The position numbers were made by a program, and so were the translations under genes. From assembly GCA_026026165.1 (NCBI GenBank), contig JAPEUD010000005.1, positions 310,001 through 374,000 on the forward strand: a stretch of DNA of 64,000 nucleotides. The letters run 5' to 3'. Shown here piece after piece: positions 47,704 to 60,597 of the stretch (position 1 is the first letter of the stretch; each line of letters starts with the position of its first letter). The notes beneath the pieces were generated by a model. That model worked only from the letters and a program-made list of their open reading frames with translations. It had not been told where the DNA came from and searched no databases. This stretch comes from Sarea resinae. Taxonomy: Eukaryota.

Positions 47704-48535
47704 CTATCTCATGCTCCGCAAGAAATTGTCTTCCTTGATAGAACCTCTCCTCTTGGCTCTCATTGCCCTCGTGAGCTCTTCTCGGCTCTCCAAAGCCTCG
47801 ACCGCTCCCTTGACACTGCCATCTCCAGCAGGCAGGTCGATGCTCTGCTCTTGGAGGGGGATCTTGGGAGCAAACGACTCCGGGTGTAGGAGGGCTTGTT
47901 TCCGCAGTCGCTTGGCGGCCAGTCGTCTTTGCTTCTTAGATTTGGCTATCGGTAGCGCAAAGTTCAGCCTGGGTCTTTGGAAAGAGCGTAGGGTGATGAT
48001 ATCGAGTGCGATCACATGAAAAAGACTTACAGAACAGATCGCCTGCGTCGGCATCGCCGTCTTGTGCCCCCTTCTTCTCCGCCAGAACACTCCACAACCA
48101 GCTCGGGTACTCGCTATCCTCCAGAGCGATCGGGTCCGTCTTGTTCTTGAGGTAATTCAGACCTCTCAATACGGCGCCTGCTGGTACGGAGGAGACGGGC
48201 ACCGCGGGGGCGCGCGCTTTGGTGCTCTTGACACCCTGTGCGGCAGGCGACGGCGTCAGAGGCGTGGAGAATGGCTGGGCAACGGATGTCGAAGTCGCAG
48301 ACGGTGGGCCTTCGGGTGAGGTAGGTGAGGTCTGCCGAGCTTTGGCTTGAGTGGCAGCATTTGAAGATATGGCTTCAGCGGTCCGGTGCGAGGAAGTGCT
48401 GAGGAACCGAGGCTGTGGGAAGGTAGTGATGCGATGCGGCCCAGCAGCTGAAGTAGTTATTTCGTGGACGGTCTGCACCGATGATTGAAGGGTATTGCGG
48501 GCAGATGCCCGCTGGAGACAGCGTCGGCAGATCAT
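47704..48535 (-). CDS. MRPL37: Mitochondrial large ribosomal subunit protein mL54 (yeast MrpL37)
   Basis: Mitochondrial presequence (MICRRCLQR), [34 protein letters not shown]. Intron 48030-47946. C-terminal [11 protein letters not shown]. Confidence 0.88.
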
Positions 48536-49083
48536 CTTGATGGGCTGTGTGGCTTTTGGGTTGTTTCCCTGATCATGGGAAAGAAGCTCGACGGGATGAA
48601 ATCGGTTCGCTTAGTCATCGGGCTAAATTACTTGAGCCACTCACACGCGAGTGGAAAGGTGTCGCCAGTGCCACAGGAAGCATCAAAACCCATGATATCT
48701 CCGTATCTTACCTAGCTTTTCACTGAGGAGCTCATGGAAAGGAGACGGCCAAATTCAGATTATTGATGTGTCCTACATGATTTTGGTATATTAAATGGGT
48801 ATTTTGATTCAGATATCAAACCGACTCCGACCAACGCCAAGTACCAAATTGAAAGGAAGATAGATGCTAGCCAAAACTTTGCAAAGGTTGCGTCCGGAGG
48901 ACTCCCCTTTCAGCTTCGCTCGCCATTTGGATGAAAACCCCGCTTCCCATTCTTGTCATTACTGTTTTCTCATGACTCATGTCCAGACACCTCCATGACC
49001 CCCTTCCGCTTCCACAGCAATCAATCCAGAGAGCTAGCTCGCGCGGTAGATAGACACCACCCTCCTTTCCATTTCACCGTACA

Positions 49084-50447
49084 TCAAACACGAATAGAAG
49101 ACGATCCTCCAGAACTCCATCTGAACCGCCGAAGACTGCCTTTCATCGCCTCTCGTCCACAGCTTGTCGATTCATCTGCGTTGCCAAACACGCCGATCTC
49201 AGCCCTCCCTGCTTCCTTGCCCATTGCGTAACCAGCCGAGAATGTTATTGCGCTCACAATTACGACAAAGCCAGCCGACACCACCCAGGTGATCAGAGTG
49301 GGTGAGAACACGTCAGCAGACCCATGTCTTGTCTTATTGATGGCGCGGCGGTCCTTGCTGGTACTGGCTTTGCGCTTCCCCTTTTCATGCACCGGTGTCC
49401 TACTGCTACTATCAGTTCTTGATGGAGAGGCAGATGAGGTCCGATCGGCCTTGGAGGTGGCGGGTGTCCCTCGTAGCTCCGACTCCTCGCCCATGACGAC
49501 GGACTCCGGTACGATTCTCAGGGCTCCTGCCTCAACCCTAGGTGAGGTGCTAGGAACTCCCAGACCAGCCTGATTTCGCTTCGGCAAGCCCCTTGCGGCG
49601 GCAGCACAAGACAAAAGGGTGGACAAGCTCGCACGCAAAGCCGCATCATGATCTGCTTGGTGGGAAGGCGAGATCATATTATAAGGAGTGTGCTGTCGTC
49701 TTCGCTGACTTTCACTAGAAGATCGGTGCGTTGGGGGTCTGGTGGCCGGTCTGGAAGCTGAGAAATAAGATAATTCCATGGGATTCTCGCGACTGGCACT
49801 CGCAGAAGGTGGGTGGGAAAATGCATTCGGTTGTGGTGTGAAGACTGGATCGCTGCTCTGAACGCCAACGGCGGTCGAGCTTTCGTCCTCGTCATCGTCG
49901 TCAGATACGTCTTCAGCGACCGAAAGGGATGGTGGTGCTGCGGATGGATTGACGTTGCGAGGAGCCAAGTTGATTTGGATATCTTCGTTGGAAGAAGTCA
50001 TGACTCGATCGGATTCGCTTTCGCTCTCCTCATATTCTTCTTGACTGCTGCCCGCACTTGAAGGACGAACACGGCGGTTGACAGAAGACGGGGTCACAGG
50101 ACGATCACGCCGTCGTCGGCGAGCATTTGAGTCGTGCCTCACCCGAAGCCCAGTAGTCACAATCTCGTCGGCAACCGACGACAAAGAGGACGAGGAGGGT
50201 TGGGAGGATATTTCGACCCATGAATCTATAGAAGATGGAGGATATCAGCGTACTGTTTCAATACCCATAATATTCCACCAACTCGATACCGCGGGCTGCA
50301 AGATCGATGGCTAGCAACCCAGCCATCTTGGTGGAAGGGTCAGGATATTCGTCTTACCATCAGCCCTTGCCCTTCTGTTCTCAGCTGCGGACCGGGCTAG
50401 AGCGGCGGAGACAGACCCTGACTGCTGCGCATCGGCGCGGAGGCCAT
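49084..50447 (-). CDS. Hypothetical tail-anchored Ser-rich protein with N-terminal DSWVEI motif
   Basis: Main exon 50225-49084 follows a GCTGAT..TAG acceptor. Exon 1 is probably MASAPMRSSQ (ATG 50447, donor 50416), alternatively MAGLLAIDLAAR (ATG ~50326). Contains DHDAALRASLSTLLSCAAAARGLPK and a C-terminal TM (TLITWVVSAGFVVIVSAITFSAGYAMG). Confidence 0.8.
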
Positions 50448-52793
50448 CTCGCGTCTGGCTGAGAGGATCGAGGTTCGAGGGTTGCATTGTCGCACGCTTG
50501 ACAGTTGTAGTATGCTCTCTTTGAGCGAACTTTGGAGTTGAGAGAGTTGAAATCTATTTCCCCTCAATGATGGCGACGTTGGGGTCACACGCGGCCGAGA
50601 TCGGTGATGAAGAGGTCTGTCCGTTGGTGGGGACGATGTGCCAGACGTGCCAGACGTGCCAGCGTAGGTATACGGCGATATGTATGTCGATAGACCGCTC
50701 TTTGTTCGGCGAAACTCACTCGCAGTTCGTCGTACCTTGCACTAGGGCGATCCGGTCAGACGATATGATAGCTCTGAATCATTGGAAGACGACACGATTA
50801 GGCACAAGGGAAACAGTGAAAGGAAAAGGAAAAGGGAACGAGAAAGTGACGGTCGGTGGGTGGGTAGTATGGAGAAGGATACGTCGAAGGATGATCGTTG
50901 ACAGGGCGGATAGGATATCCAATGCCAAGATCGGTCTCACTGAGGCCAGACAGGGTAGAGTAGGTAGGCAGAGTAGGTAGAGTACTATGCAAGGCAAGGT
51001 AGGGAGGGAGGGAGGCTGATAGCTCCCACGGACAGCTGAACTCGACGGGAACCAGATACCTCCTACCACGACTCGAGGTACGTCCGTCCACCTCTCACGA
51101 TGACTGCTTGCGGTGGCAGGTGAGGTAGATGCCGGTCAGCTGCCTCGGGCGCCCGAGTAGGGGCTACCTCGATACCGCACTACATCATTGATCTTTCAAC
51201 GCAATGGATGGATCTGGGTCGGGAGGGCTACTCGTACCTGGTACTGCGCAAGAGGGGCCAAGTCCCATCTGCGCCTATCAGTGTATCGATAAGCGGTGGG
51301 GGGGCATGGCGCGATACCTGCCGTCAGATAGGATGTACTCTGGAGTACTTTGGCCTCACTGCGCAGTACTACGAGTACTACGACTAGAGTTCAGACGACA
51401 ACGGGAGTCAGACAGGATGGAGATCTGTCTCGTGCCCAGCCACCGAGAGGGACTAGTACTCACCCACCACATCCACAGTCCCTGACCATAGGGTACCCAC
51501 CACCTGTGCCCGGAGATGCACTCGTCTCCTCTTTGTTCTCTACTCGAGTACGTGCTGAGTGAGAAGCGAGGGCGACTGGAAAGATGCATTGACGTTGCTC
51601 CACGTACTTGACAGGAGGATGATCCTCGACTGGCGGTGGGGACGAGTAAATAACCTCAATCATCTGGCATCGATCACGAAATCCTCTACCCTACGGATTG
51701 TGGCTCCACCTTCCGACCTGCGCATCCGTCGCTCTCATGTCTATGTCGTCAGTCACTGAACCCTGGTGGTCTCTTGCGCGAATCCCCTCGAATCCCTGTG
51801 GCTGAAAGAATGGTATCAAGGACAGCGTACAGCACTACTCGTACCGTAGTACTACGTGCGCATGAGCATATTAATCTCCCGTATGGGTCCCTGGTAGTAC
51901 GCAGTAGCAGTAGTACATAGGACATAGGTATGCCGTGGACGGCCATCCGTGCATCTGTGCATCTCATCTCGTCACATCACCACCGTCGCCGCCCACAGAG
52001 CCACCACGTGTGGGGGTCGGCTGCAGGACGCCCAACCGGAAGATGGCGTCACCCAACGAGAACCCTCGGCGGGCTCGTGCGCCTCCGTAGGTACCGAGTA
52101 TGAAGTACTGAACCCTCGAACGGCTAATCCAGGGCACCTCACGCCTTACTCGCGAAGTACTCGACAGCGTGTTGTGGACTGCAAAGCATCCATTCCTATC
52201 CAGAGACGGTCCACTATCGGACCGTATCTGCCTGTTTCCTCGTGGTGAAACACGAGGAGAGGCATTTCATGATGGTACGAGATATGATCATTTCTAATTC
52301 GACGACTAGGGGAATCTCTGGCCTGACTTCTCCGTCTCTGCTCCCACCAGCAACCATCATGAGCATGAGGTGACACATGCGATGCACAAGCCCGGATAAT
52401 CAGGCTATTGATGTACAACATATCAGGAAGCGTAGGATATGCCAATAAGCACAATCCAAGGGACCTTGCAGATCACTTGCAAGACCGGCCCATCCGACGA
52501 GAACCACAGCACAATAGAGTACAGACAGACCCTGGCAAGGAAATAGAGACAGCGAAGAACAGCAAGGGAAGAGGAAATTAAAGAAAGGAAGAGAAATCAC
52601 AAAACTTTTTAGGTCATGACACATAAGAAAAGCATGATCTTCTTTGAATATCCAGCACATTGGATATTCAAAGCTTCATCTCAGCCTCTCGAACAAAAGC
52701 CAAGGGACAGGATTCGCGATCATCGGACGGCACTTGGCTGATCTTACCTGAGCTCAAATCGCCATGCCTAAGCAATGTAGATCGGCAATACTT

Positions 52794-54493
52794 TTAGAAT
52801 GTCTTCTTCTTTCCAGCGAAATCGCCAAAGCCGCCACGGTTGGTTGAGCCACCGCCACGACCGCCGCGACCACCGCGATCACCGAAGCCGCCACGTCCAC
52901 CACCACGTCCACCGAAACCACCACGACCACCACGTCCGCCCCTACCGCCACGGTCACCGAAGCCACCACGGCCACCTCTGCCGCCGCGACCTCCACGGGG
53001 AGAGTCACCCCTATCCGGGCGGGGAGACGAGTAATCAAGGCGTACAGGCCGACCAGCGATGGTAGCGCCGGCCATATTGGTCATGGCTTCAGTCGCCTCA
53101 TCAACGGAAGAGAACTGAACGTATCCGAAGCCCTTAGGGTTTCCAGAATCGCTATGAACGACGAATTAGTAGCCGAACTGTAATGATAGCTGAGCATATA
53201 TGAAACTTACGGATCAGTTGGCAGCCTTATGCCCAGGACTGTACCCCACTTTCCAAACTCCTCGCCGATCATGTCCTGGGTAGCCTCGAAAGAGATATTT
53301 CCCACGAACAAGGTGTCACTGGGAGCACTTGTTGAGTCGCCGTAGTTTTGGGCACGGGAGTTGGCACGCTCTCTCGGGTTTGCATTGTCATTGTCGCGAG
53401 GTTTCGCGAAATCCACATTCAACGGACGTCCATCGAGATCGGCTTGATTTTTAGCTGCATGGGCCGAAGCGGCATCGGCGGCGTTCGCGAACTCAACGTA
53501 GCCGAATCTTAGGTAGCGTTAGTCCGCTGCACTCGGAAGTAGGATGGGAAAGCTTACCCCTTGGAACGGCCGCTCTCACGATCAGTGATGATCCTCACGC
53601 CAACTAGCTCACCAAATTCCTCGAACTCCCTCGTGAGCCAGTCCTCGTCAATGTTCCAGCTAAGGTTACCAACGAAGAGATTCTTGATGCCTTCGTCCCC
53701 GCCATTAACCTCCGTCTTGGTCTTCTTGGAGCTTGGAGCGACTTCGGCCTCGGCCTTGCGTTTCTTGGGAGCCGCTTCTTCTTCTTCGCTCTCATCCTCG
53801 GAGTCCTCAGAGTCATCCGAATCTTCCTCAGAGGCAGAGGAATCATCCCCAGAATCACCAGAGGATTCACTATCGGAAGAAGCCTTCTAAGTTAAATATT
53901 AGTCCTTGATAGATTGCCAGCAGCCCGTTATTTGATCTAACCTTTGGTTTTTCGGCATTCTTCAAAGCCCCATTGAGAGCTTTGGCATTGACGGCACCCT
54001 TGTTCTTTGGTACTTCCTCTTCGCTATCGCTAGAGTCGTCTTCGGACTCGTCACTCTCGTCAGAAGATTCCTTCTTTGCGACAGCCTTCTTAGGCGCAGC
54101 CTCGGCCTCGCTCTCGCTTGAGTCGCTCTCCTCGGACGAAGACTCTTCCTTGGCGGCGACCTTCTTGACGACGGCAGGCTTAGCAGCGGCCTTCTTCTCG
54201 GTCTTCTTCTCGGTCTCAGAGTCCGACGAATCGGAATCGCTGTCGGCAGAAGCCATCTCTTCGTCGCTGTCTTCGGAGCTGCTGGGTTCAGGAGTCGGCT
54301 CCTTCTTGGCCTTCTTAGACTTCTTGTCTCCCTTTCCTCCGGCCTTTACGGCGACATCTTTGGCGATCTTCTTACTCTGTTCTTTGGGAGTCTTGGATGC
54401 CTTGGTGATAGATCCGGATTTGACGGCAGAAAGAGCCTTGTCGGTTCCCTTGCGGTCCTTAACGGCCGACTTGCTTTCCTTTGTTTTTGCCAT
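52794..54493 (-). CDS. NSR1: Nucleolin-like protein Nsr1/Gar2 (acidic/Ser N-terminus, 2 RRMs, RGG tail)
   Basis: Exons 54493-53942, 53886-53558, 53507-53211, 53151-52794. LFVGNL/LFVGNI RNP2, KGFGYV RNP1, RGG repeats, C-terminal GKKKTF. Confidence 0.95.
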
Positions 54494-55809
54494 TGCGATG
54501 ATCTTGTAATGGGAACGTTTGCTCTCTGGAAGGTTTGGTTAGTTGAGATCAATTACGGACACTCATCGACTCTGACAATGATTCTCATAAGGCAAATTGC
54601 CGAAATACCCGATCGTGTGAATGAAAAATGGAAGCGAACGAACTCTTGTGTCAATGTCCTGACCCCGTGTAATCAGGACCCCTCAGGTAGATGAATGCTT
54701 CGAAAAGCGTTCTTCTTTGTCAAAAGTGTGCGGCAAGCCCTCGAGAATCTCAAAACCCACAAAGTGTCAAAAGCCCACAAGCCAATAATCAGACGATCAG
54801 CGCAAGTGTTTTCACACGACTGCTTGATCTGTCGATGGAATATGCGAATGCTCAATAACCCACTGTAGCGACGAATGCCCACTTGCCCACTGGAAATTTC
54901 TAGTAGTTCTCTGCGAGAAACCGATGAAAGCCCACGGAAAGATAGAATGCGAAGCACGGCCGAGATGTTACACTCGATAAGATTGTCTGCGTGCTTGCTG
55001 ATAAGCCCTCAGGTGGAAAACCCACGATAACGAAGACGGAGAAGGGAGGGATGGATGGACGGGAAGCAGAAGGTATGAGAAGGAGGGATGAAGAAGAGAT
55101 GGGGCTGTGGTTTTGAACGATGAAAAGGGTAGATAGTGGTGAAGAGAAAAAAAGAGGTTGGAGCGAGATGGGAAGGAACGATACAAGAAGGTGGTCGGTC
55201 GGAGCTATCGCTGGGAAATTTTCGAGGCTAGGTACTGTACTACTACATAGTATGGTCTACCAACTTAGGTATGGTACCGCAATTGCCTTCATCAGGTACC
55301 TCCAAGGCTCACGTTGTAGAGTGGGGAGAGTAGGTACTCGTAGGTACTAGATACCTACGGTAGAGCTGGCCACTTTTTTCCCCTTCCAAGCCCGTCGAAA
55401 TTTGCACACCGCCTGCACGGATTTTCTGGTTCGCTTACCGCAGTACTTCGTAGTAATCTTCGCGTAGGGAGATACTTTCTAGAGACGGGCGTTAGGCGTA
55501 AATGGGCACTAGACCAGGAGTCCTATCGAGTAGCTGCATGAACGAGGTGAATCTCCAGCTCCAGCTTGCTTCCATTGCTCAACAGCTCAGAATGGCCAGG
55601 TGTGCTTCGACCCTGGCCTTGGCTTATGTAAGCTGTGCCGTCCCTCCACCATGTACGGTCCTACTGCCAGAGTGACAGCAATAATATCGTCGATGATGAT
55701 TCAGTAGGTCCTATAGCTATCAATTCATGGGATCTCCCCCATAACATTCTCTGCTGTTGTCGCAGTCTGTCCTTGAAAGCGCCTTGTAGGCAATGCCCAC
55801 GCCATAGCA

Positions 55810-57767
55810 ATGGCCTCCTCTACCCTCTCGTCCTCGCCGCATAAGCCAAGAAGGAAACAGAAGAAGCTTGGAACTTCCCTTCCATCCAGCCAACATGCTC
55901 ACGGCACCGTGGTCGTGGATCCGGCCACGAATGTTCAGAAGCCGGCTTTCCCATTGGCCGCCTTTTTGTGGCCAGCCAGAAGTATCATGTCTCAGTGGGT
56001 CGTGCTACCCCTCGTGCTCATGATCGTTGGACTCTTCAGATGGGCTACGGGGCTGTGGGGATATTCGGGTGAGTTGATGATGTCTTATCACATCTCGTAC
56101 ACGCCCATTGCAACTACCAGTCTCGCTGATACCATGACGTAGGCTTTGAGGCCCCTCCAATGCATGGCGACTTTGAGGCGCAGAGACACTGGATGGAGAT
56201 CACTACTCAACTGCCAATATCGCAATGGTACTTTCATGATCTGGAATGGTGGGGCCTGGATTACCCACCCTTGACAGCGTATCATAGCTGGATCCTGGGA
56301 TTAAGGTGCGTCCATGACTGTATTCTTTGGCATTGCGGATGAGGAGCTCATTTTGGTTTCGATAGTGGCTCTTTCATCAATCCCACTTGGTTTGCTCTGA
56401 GATCGTCTCGCGGGTTGGACGACCCATCACTCAAGGTCTACATGCGGGCTACTGTTCTCATCTCGGAATATCTGATCTATGTGCCTGCTGTCGTCATCTT
56501 CCTGCGACGCTACTCTCGGCTTGAGGGCGTAAATCCATGGGAGGCTTCCATCGCACTTGTTGCGATTTTGATGCAGCCCGCGACGCTTTTGATTGACCAC
56601 GCACACTTTCAATACAATACGGTTATGCTTGGCTTCTTGCTGGCAAGCTTGTCTAGCATGCTCGCGGGACGCACTCTATGGGGTTCTATATTCTTCGTTG
56701 CCGCGCTTGGGTTCAAGCAGATGGCGCTCTATTATGCCCCAGCTATCTTTGTATACTTGCTAGGTCTCTGTGTGATACCCCGAATGGATATCCTTCGATT
56801 GTCGAAGATCGGCTTTGTCACTGTAGCATCATTTGCTATCGTCTTCGCCCCCCTCCTACTGGGAGCCGTGTATGACTACTTCCGCGACGTACCTGCTGAT
56901 TTGTCTTCAGCATCGTCGCAGCTTACACCACCTCTTCTCAAGGCATTGCCCATTCAGATCAGCCGGGCCGGACTTCCTTACGCGTTGCTGCTTCAACTAT
57001 CTCAATCGGCCCACCGCATCTTTCCTTTTGCTCGCGGTCTCTTCGAGGACAAGGTTGCCAACTTTTGGTGTGCCTTGCATATCGTCCACAAACTATACCA
57101 ATATCCGAGTGCACTCCTCCAACGAGTGTCACTTCTTGCCACCGTTGCAGCGATCTCACCGCCTTGTGCGATCCTTTTCCTGAGGCCACGAAAGGAGCTG
57201 TTGCTGTTGACATCAGCTACGACCGCATGGGGCTTTTTCTTGTTCTCCTTCCAAGTGCACGAGAAGAGCGTCTTACTGCCGCTATTGCCAATGACTGCAT
57301 TGCTGGGTTCTAATGGAGGGTTAACCCCGGCCGTACGCGGGTGGGTTGGCTGGGCAAACATGTTGGGCTCGTGGACATTATATCCCTTGTTGAAGAGAGA
57401 TGAATTACGGATGCCTTACTACATCTTGAATCTCCTCTGGGCCTTTCTGCTCGGTCTGCCTCCGATGTCTTTATCGGCATATTTCAAGGGTCGTCGAGGT
57501 GGCGAGGGCGAGCTTTCACTGCCAAGCCGGTTGCTGCAATTGAGCTTTTACATTGCCATGATCGCATGGCATGTGCTGGAAGCATTCGTCCCAACACCTG
57601 CTGGGAAGCCCGACCTTTGGGTTGTGCTGAACGTTGGCATCGGTGCCGCCGGATTTGGAATCTGCTACCTGTGGTGTTTGTGGCAGCTGTTGCAGAAGAG
57701 CGAGTTGCTCGCCTGGTGCCAGACAAGCAGTGAACCGACCGCAAGGGGAAAGGCAAAAATACTGTAA
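55810..57767 (+). CDS. ALG6: Dolichyl-P-Glc:Man9GlcNAc2-PP-dolichol alpha-1,3-glucosyltransferase
   Basis: Introns 56069-56142 and 56306-56365. [70 protein letters not shown]. Confidence 0.96.
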
Positions 57768-58050
57768 GATCGCGTCATCCGCTGAAACGGCGACACCATT
57801 TGTATATATGTTATCACGCATAGCACAGTCCACAGGATCTTTCGCGCGGTTTATATCCAGCAACCTGAGAGGGGAGCGTTTTGTACATATTTAATAATAC
57901 AGATTGTACAGCTTAGTTATAAAGCCTTCCTTGCCAGTCAAGTGCAATTGTCCCCACCCGTACGCCAATCCATATGCAATCTAATCTTCGTGCGATCATG
58001 ATGGAAACGCATTCCGATCAATGATCCTAACCCTGAAGCTCGAAGCTGCC

Positions 58051-58419
58051 TTAAGGCAACTTGAACCCGTATCCGGCCATGCAACTCCGGTACTTGTCAA
58101 CGAGATTCGTGCAGTGCTCCTGGGCGTTGTCGCTGTTGGAGAAGAGCATGCATTCGTCACGGGCGGCCTTCTCGTCCTTGCACACGCAGCAGGGCTATCG
58201 AATTTGGTCAGTAACGAGCAATAAGTTGGGCCGTGGAGTTGTGATGGATACCTTGACTTTGGCGCTGGCCGCTCCGGCGGGCTTCAGCTCGGTGGCAAGG
58301 TTGCCTCCCGTCGCGGTTGCTGCCGAAAGGATTAGCAACTTGGAAAGATCAAGTCAGGTTATAGTGTGCGGGGATGTGGGCGTACTGGAGGGCATGCTTG
58401 AGACTGCTTGTGATGCCAT
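58051..58419 (-). CDS. COX17: Cytochrome c oxidase copper chaperone Cox17 (missed by the ORF track)
   Basis: Three exons (introns 58385-58320 and 58251-58195) give MASQAVSSMPS-TTATGGNLATELKPAGAASAKVK-PCCVCKDEKAARDECMLFSNSDNAQEHCTNLVDKYRSCMAGYGFKLP*, with KPCCxC and twin CX9C motifs. Confidence 0.93.
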
Positions 58420-58903
58420 TATGGATTATTTGCTCCTCAGCTGTTTGGATGCAAAAGGGCGAGCGAGTTGAAGGTTGCAGATTTGTTATTGCGATTATCC
58501 TCCGTAATCCTTCTCCGGCCATGGATTTCAAAGCCTCGGAGATGGATGTACTACAGTACTGTGTACGGTATCCGATGTCCACGGATGTCGTGCTCCGAGG
58601 AGAAGTGCTCCGTAGAGAGCGACCAAAGATGCAGGTACGGCACGTCGTCTTTGTTCATTGGTGGCCCCCGTCGACACCCCTCCGCCCCGCCAAAATCTTT
58701 AATTTTCTACTCACAGTCGAGTTCCGGACTGTCACCGACCTCGGACTTGCCCACTGACAGCCGTTAGTTGCCTTACTGCGTAGATGTCGCCATAGAAGAA
58801 GGACTAGTTTCCCAGTTGAGAATGGATCATTTTGCCTTCCGTCGAACGCTGGACTGCCGTCGAGAATACTGTGCTTGTTCCGAGCGACGTTTTTGATTCC
58901 AGC

Positions 58904-60597
58904 ATGGCGAGTCCTCTATTGACTGCCACCGATTCCACTGGGCATGTCCACTTAATTGTCGGCTCAAATCCTCTGGCAGCAGCGCGATGTGCACACTCCA
59001 TTGAAGTGGGCGCGAGGCCAAAACTTATTGCTCCAGCGGGAGCCCAGCTGCATTACGGTCTCACCAGGAGAATAGATGACGGGGAGGTCGAATGGATCCA
59101 GCGTAGCTTTCGCGATGGGGATTTGACGGAGTTGGGGCGAGAGGACGTGGACTTGGTTGTTGATGCAGTATTCGTCGCTCTCGGCGTGAAAGACCCTTTG
59201 AGTACGATCGCTGTGATGTTCCGCGCGGGGACCGTGGCTAATTTGTTTGCTTATTGACAGGAAATCATATCTCTGCTCTATGTCGCCGTCTTCGCATACC
59301 CGTGAACGTGGCAGATGCCCCTAACCTCTGTACTTTCACTTTACTCTCGACCTATTCCGACGGCCCACTTCACATCGGCATAACAACTTCAGGCAAGGGA
59401 TGTAAGCTCGCATCTCGGATACGACGCGAGGTTGGAGCTAGCCTGCCCCAAAACCTGGGTGCGGCCGTGGAGCGGTTAGGGACAATTCGGTCGCGCATAT
59501 GGCAAGAAGATAATATGGCTGATTTAGCTGTGGAGCCTGAGGCGGAGGAAGAGGAAAGCGGGCAGAGAGCTACGTTCAATCGATTAGTCTCTTCCGAGGA
59601 CCTTGATGCGGCCCGCAACCGGCGCATTAGGTGGCTGAGCCAGATTTGCGAATATTGGCCATTGAGGCGGCTTGCCTCCATCAATGACGAGGATGTAGAA
59701 GCCGTGTTGCGGAGCTACACGACGACTCACTCTCCGGATGGGGGAATGGATAGTAGGACGCTCGATCAGCGCAGACAACAAGGCCGAATCATCCTTGCCG
59801 GCTCTGGACCAGGGAATCCGGATCTTCTAACAACAGCAACGCATAAAGCGATACTAGCCGCAGACCTCATCCTCGCAGATAAGCTCGTGCCGGCGCCTGT
59901 GCTCGATCTAGTGCCTCGACGGACCGTTGTCTACATTGCCCGAAAATTTCCTGGCAATGCGGACAAGGCGCAGGAGGAATTGCTCTCGATGGGCCTCGAG
60001 GGTCTCAAGGCAGGCAAGATTGTTCTCCGACTAAAGCAGGGAGACCCGTATCTTTACGGTAGAGGGGCTGAAGAGTATGCTTTCTTCAGAGAACACGGTT
60101 ACACGCCAACTGTGATCCCCGGTATTACATCTGCCTTATCGGCGCCTCTGTTTGCGGACATTCCCGCAACCCACCGAAGTGTTGCAGATCAAGTCCTCAT
60201 CTGCACCGGCACAGGAAAAAAAGGAGCGGCGCCAGATCCACCCGAATATCTCGAGTCACGAACCGTTGTCTTCTTGATGGCATTACACCGATTACCTGCT
60301 CTCATCGAGTCCCTCGTAAACGACAAAAAGGCGTGGCCGAAATCGACCCCTTGTGCTGTCATCGAGCGGGCCAGCTGTCCCGATCAGAGAGTGATCCGCA
60401 GCTCGCTCGAATTTGTCTGTGCTGCGGTCGATGAAGAGGGCAGTCGTCCCCCTGGTCTATTCGTCGTAGGCAAGAGTTGTGAGGTCTTGAAGAAGGCTGG
60501 TCACAAATGGACTGTGGAGGAGGGTTTCGAGGGCTTTGACGAACTGGGAGCTGAGGGCGACTTGGAGCTATTGAAGCAGGTCGAGGCCAGGGGGTGA
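58904..60597 (+). CDS. MET1: Uroporphyrinogen-III C-methyltransferase with siroheme-synthase-like N-terminus
   Basis: Intron 59202-59260. PVNVADAPNLCTF, ITTSGKGCKLASRIRRE, LAGSGPGNPDLLT, LRLKQGDPYLYGRGAEE, IPGITSA. Confidence 0.92.

Noticed and set aside
52268..52361. CATGATGGT...ACCATCATG inverted repeat suggesting a C/D snoRNA downstream of NSR1
   Set aside because: No canonical RTGATGA box C paired with a terminal CTGA box D inside the stem.
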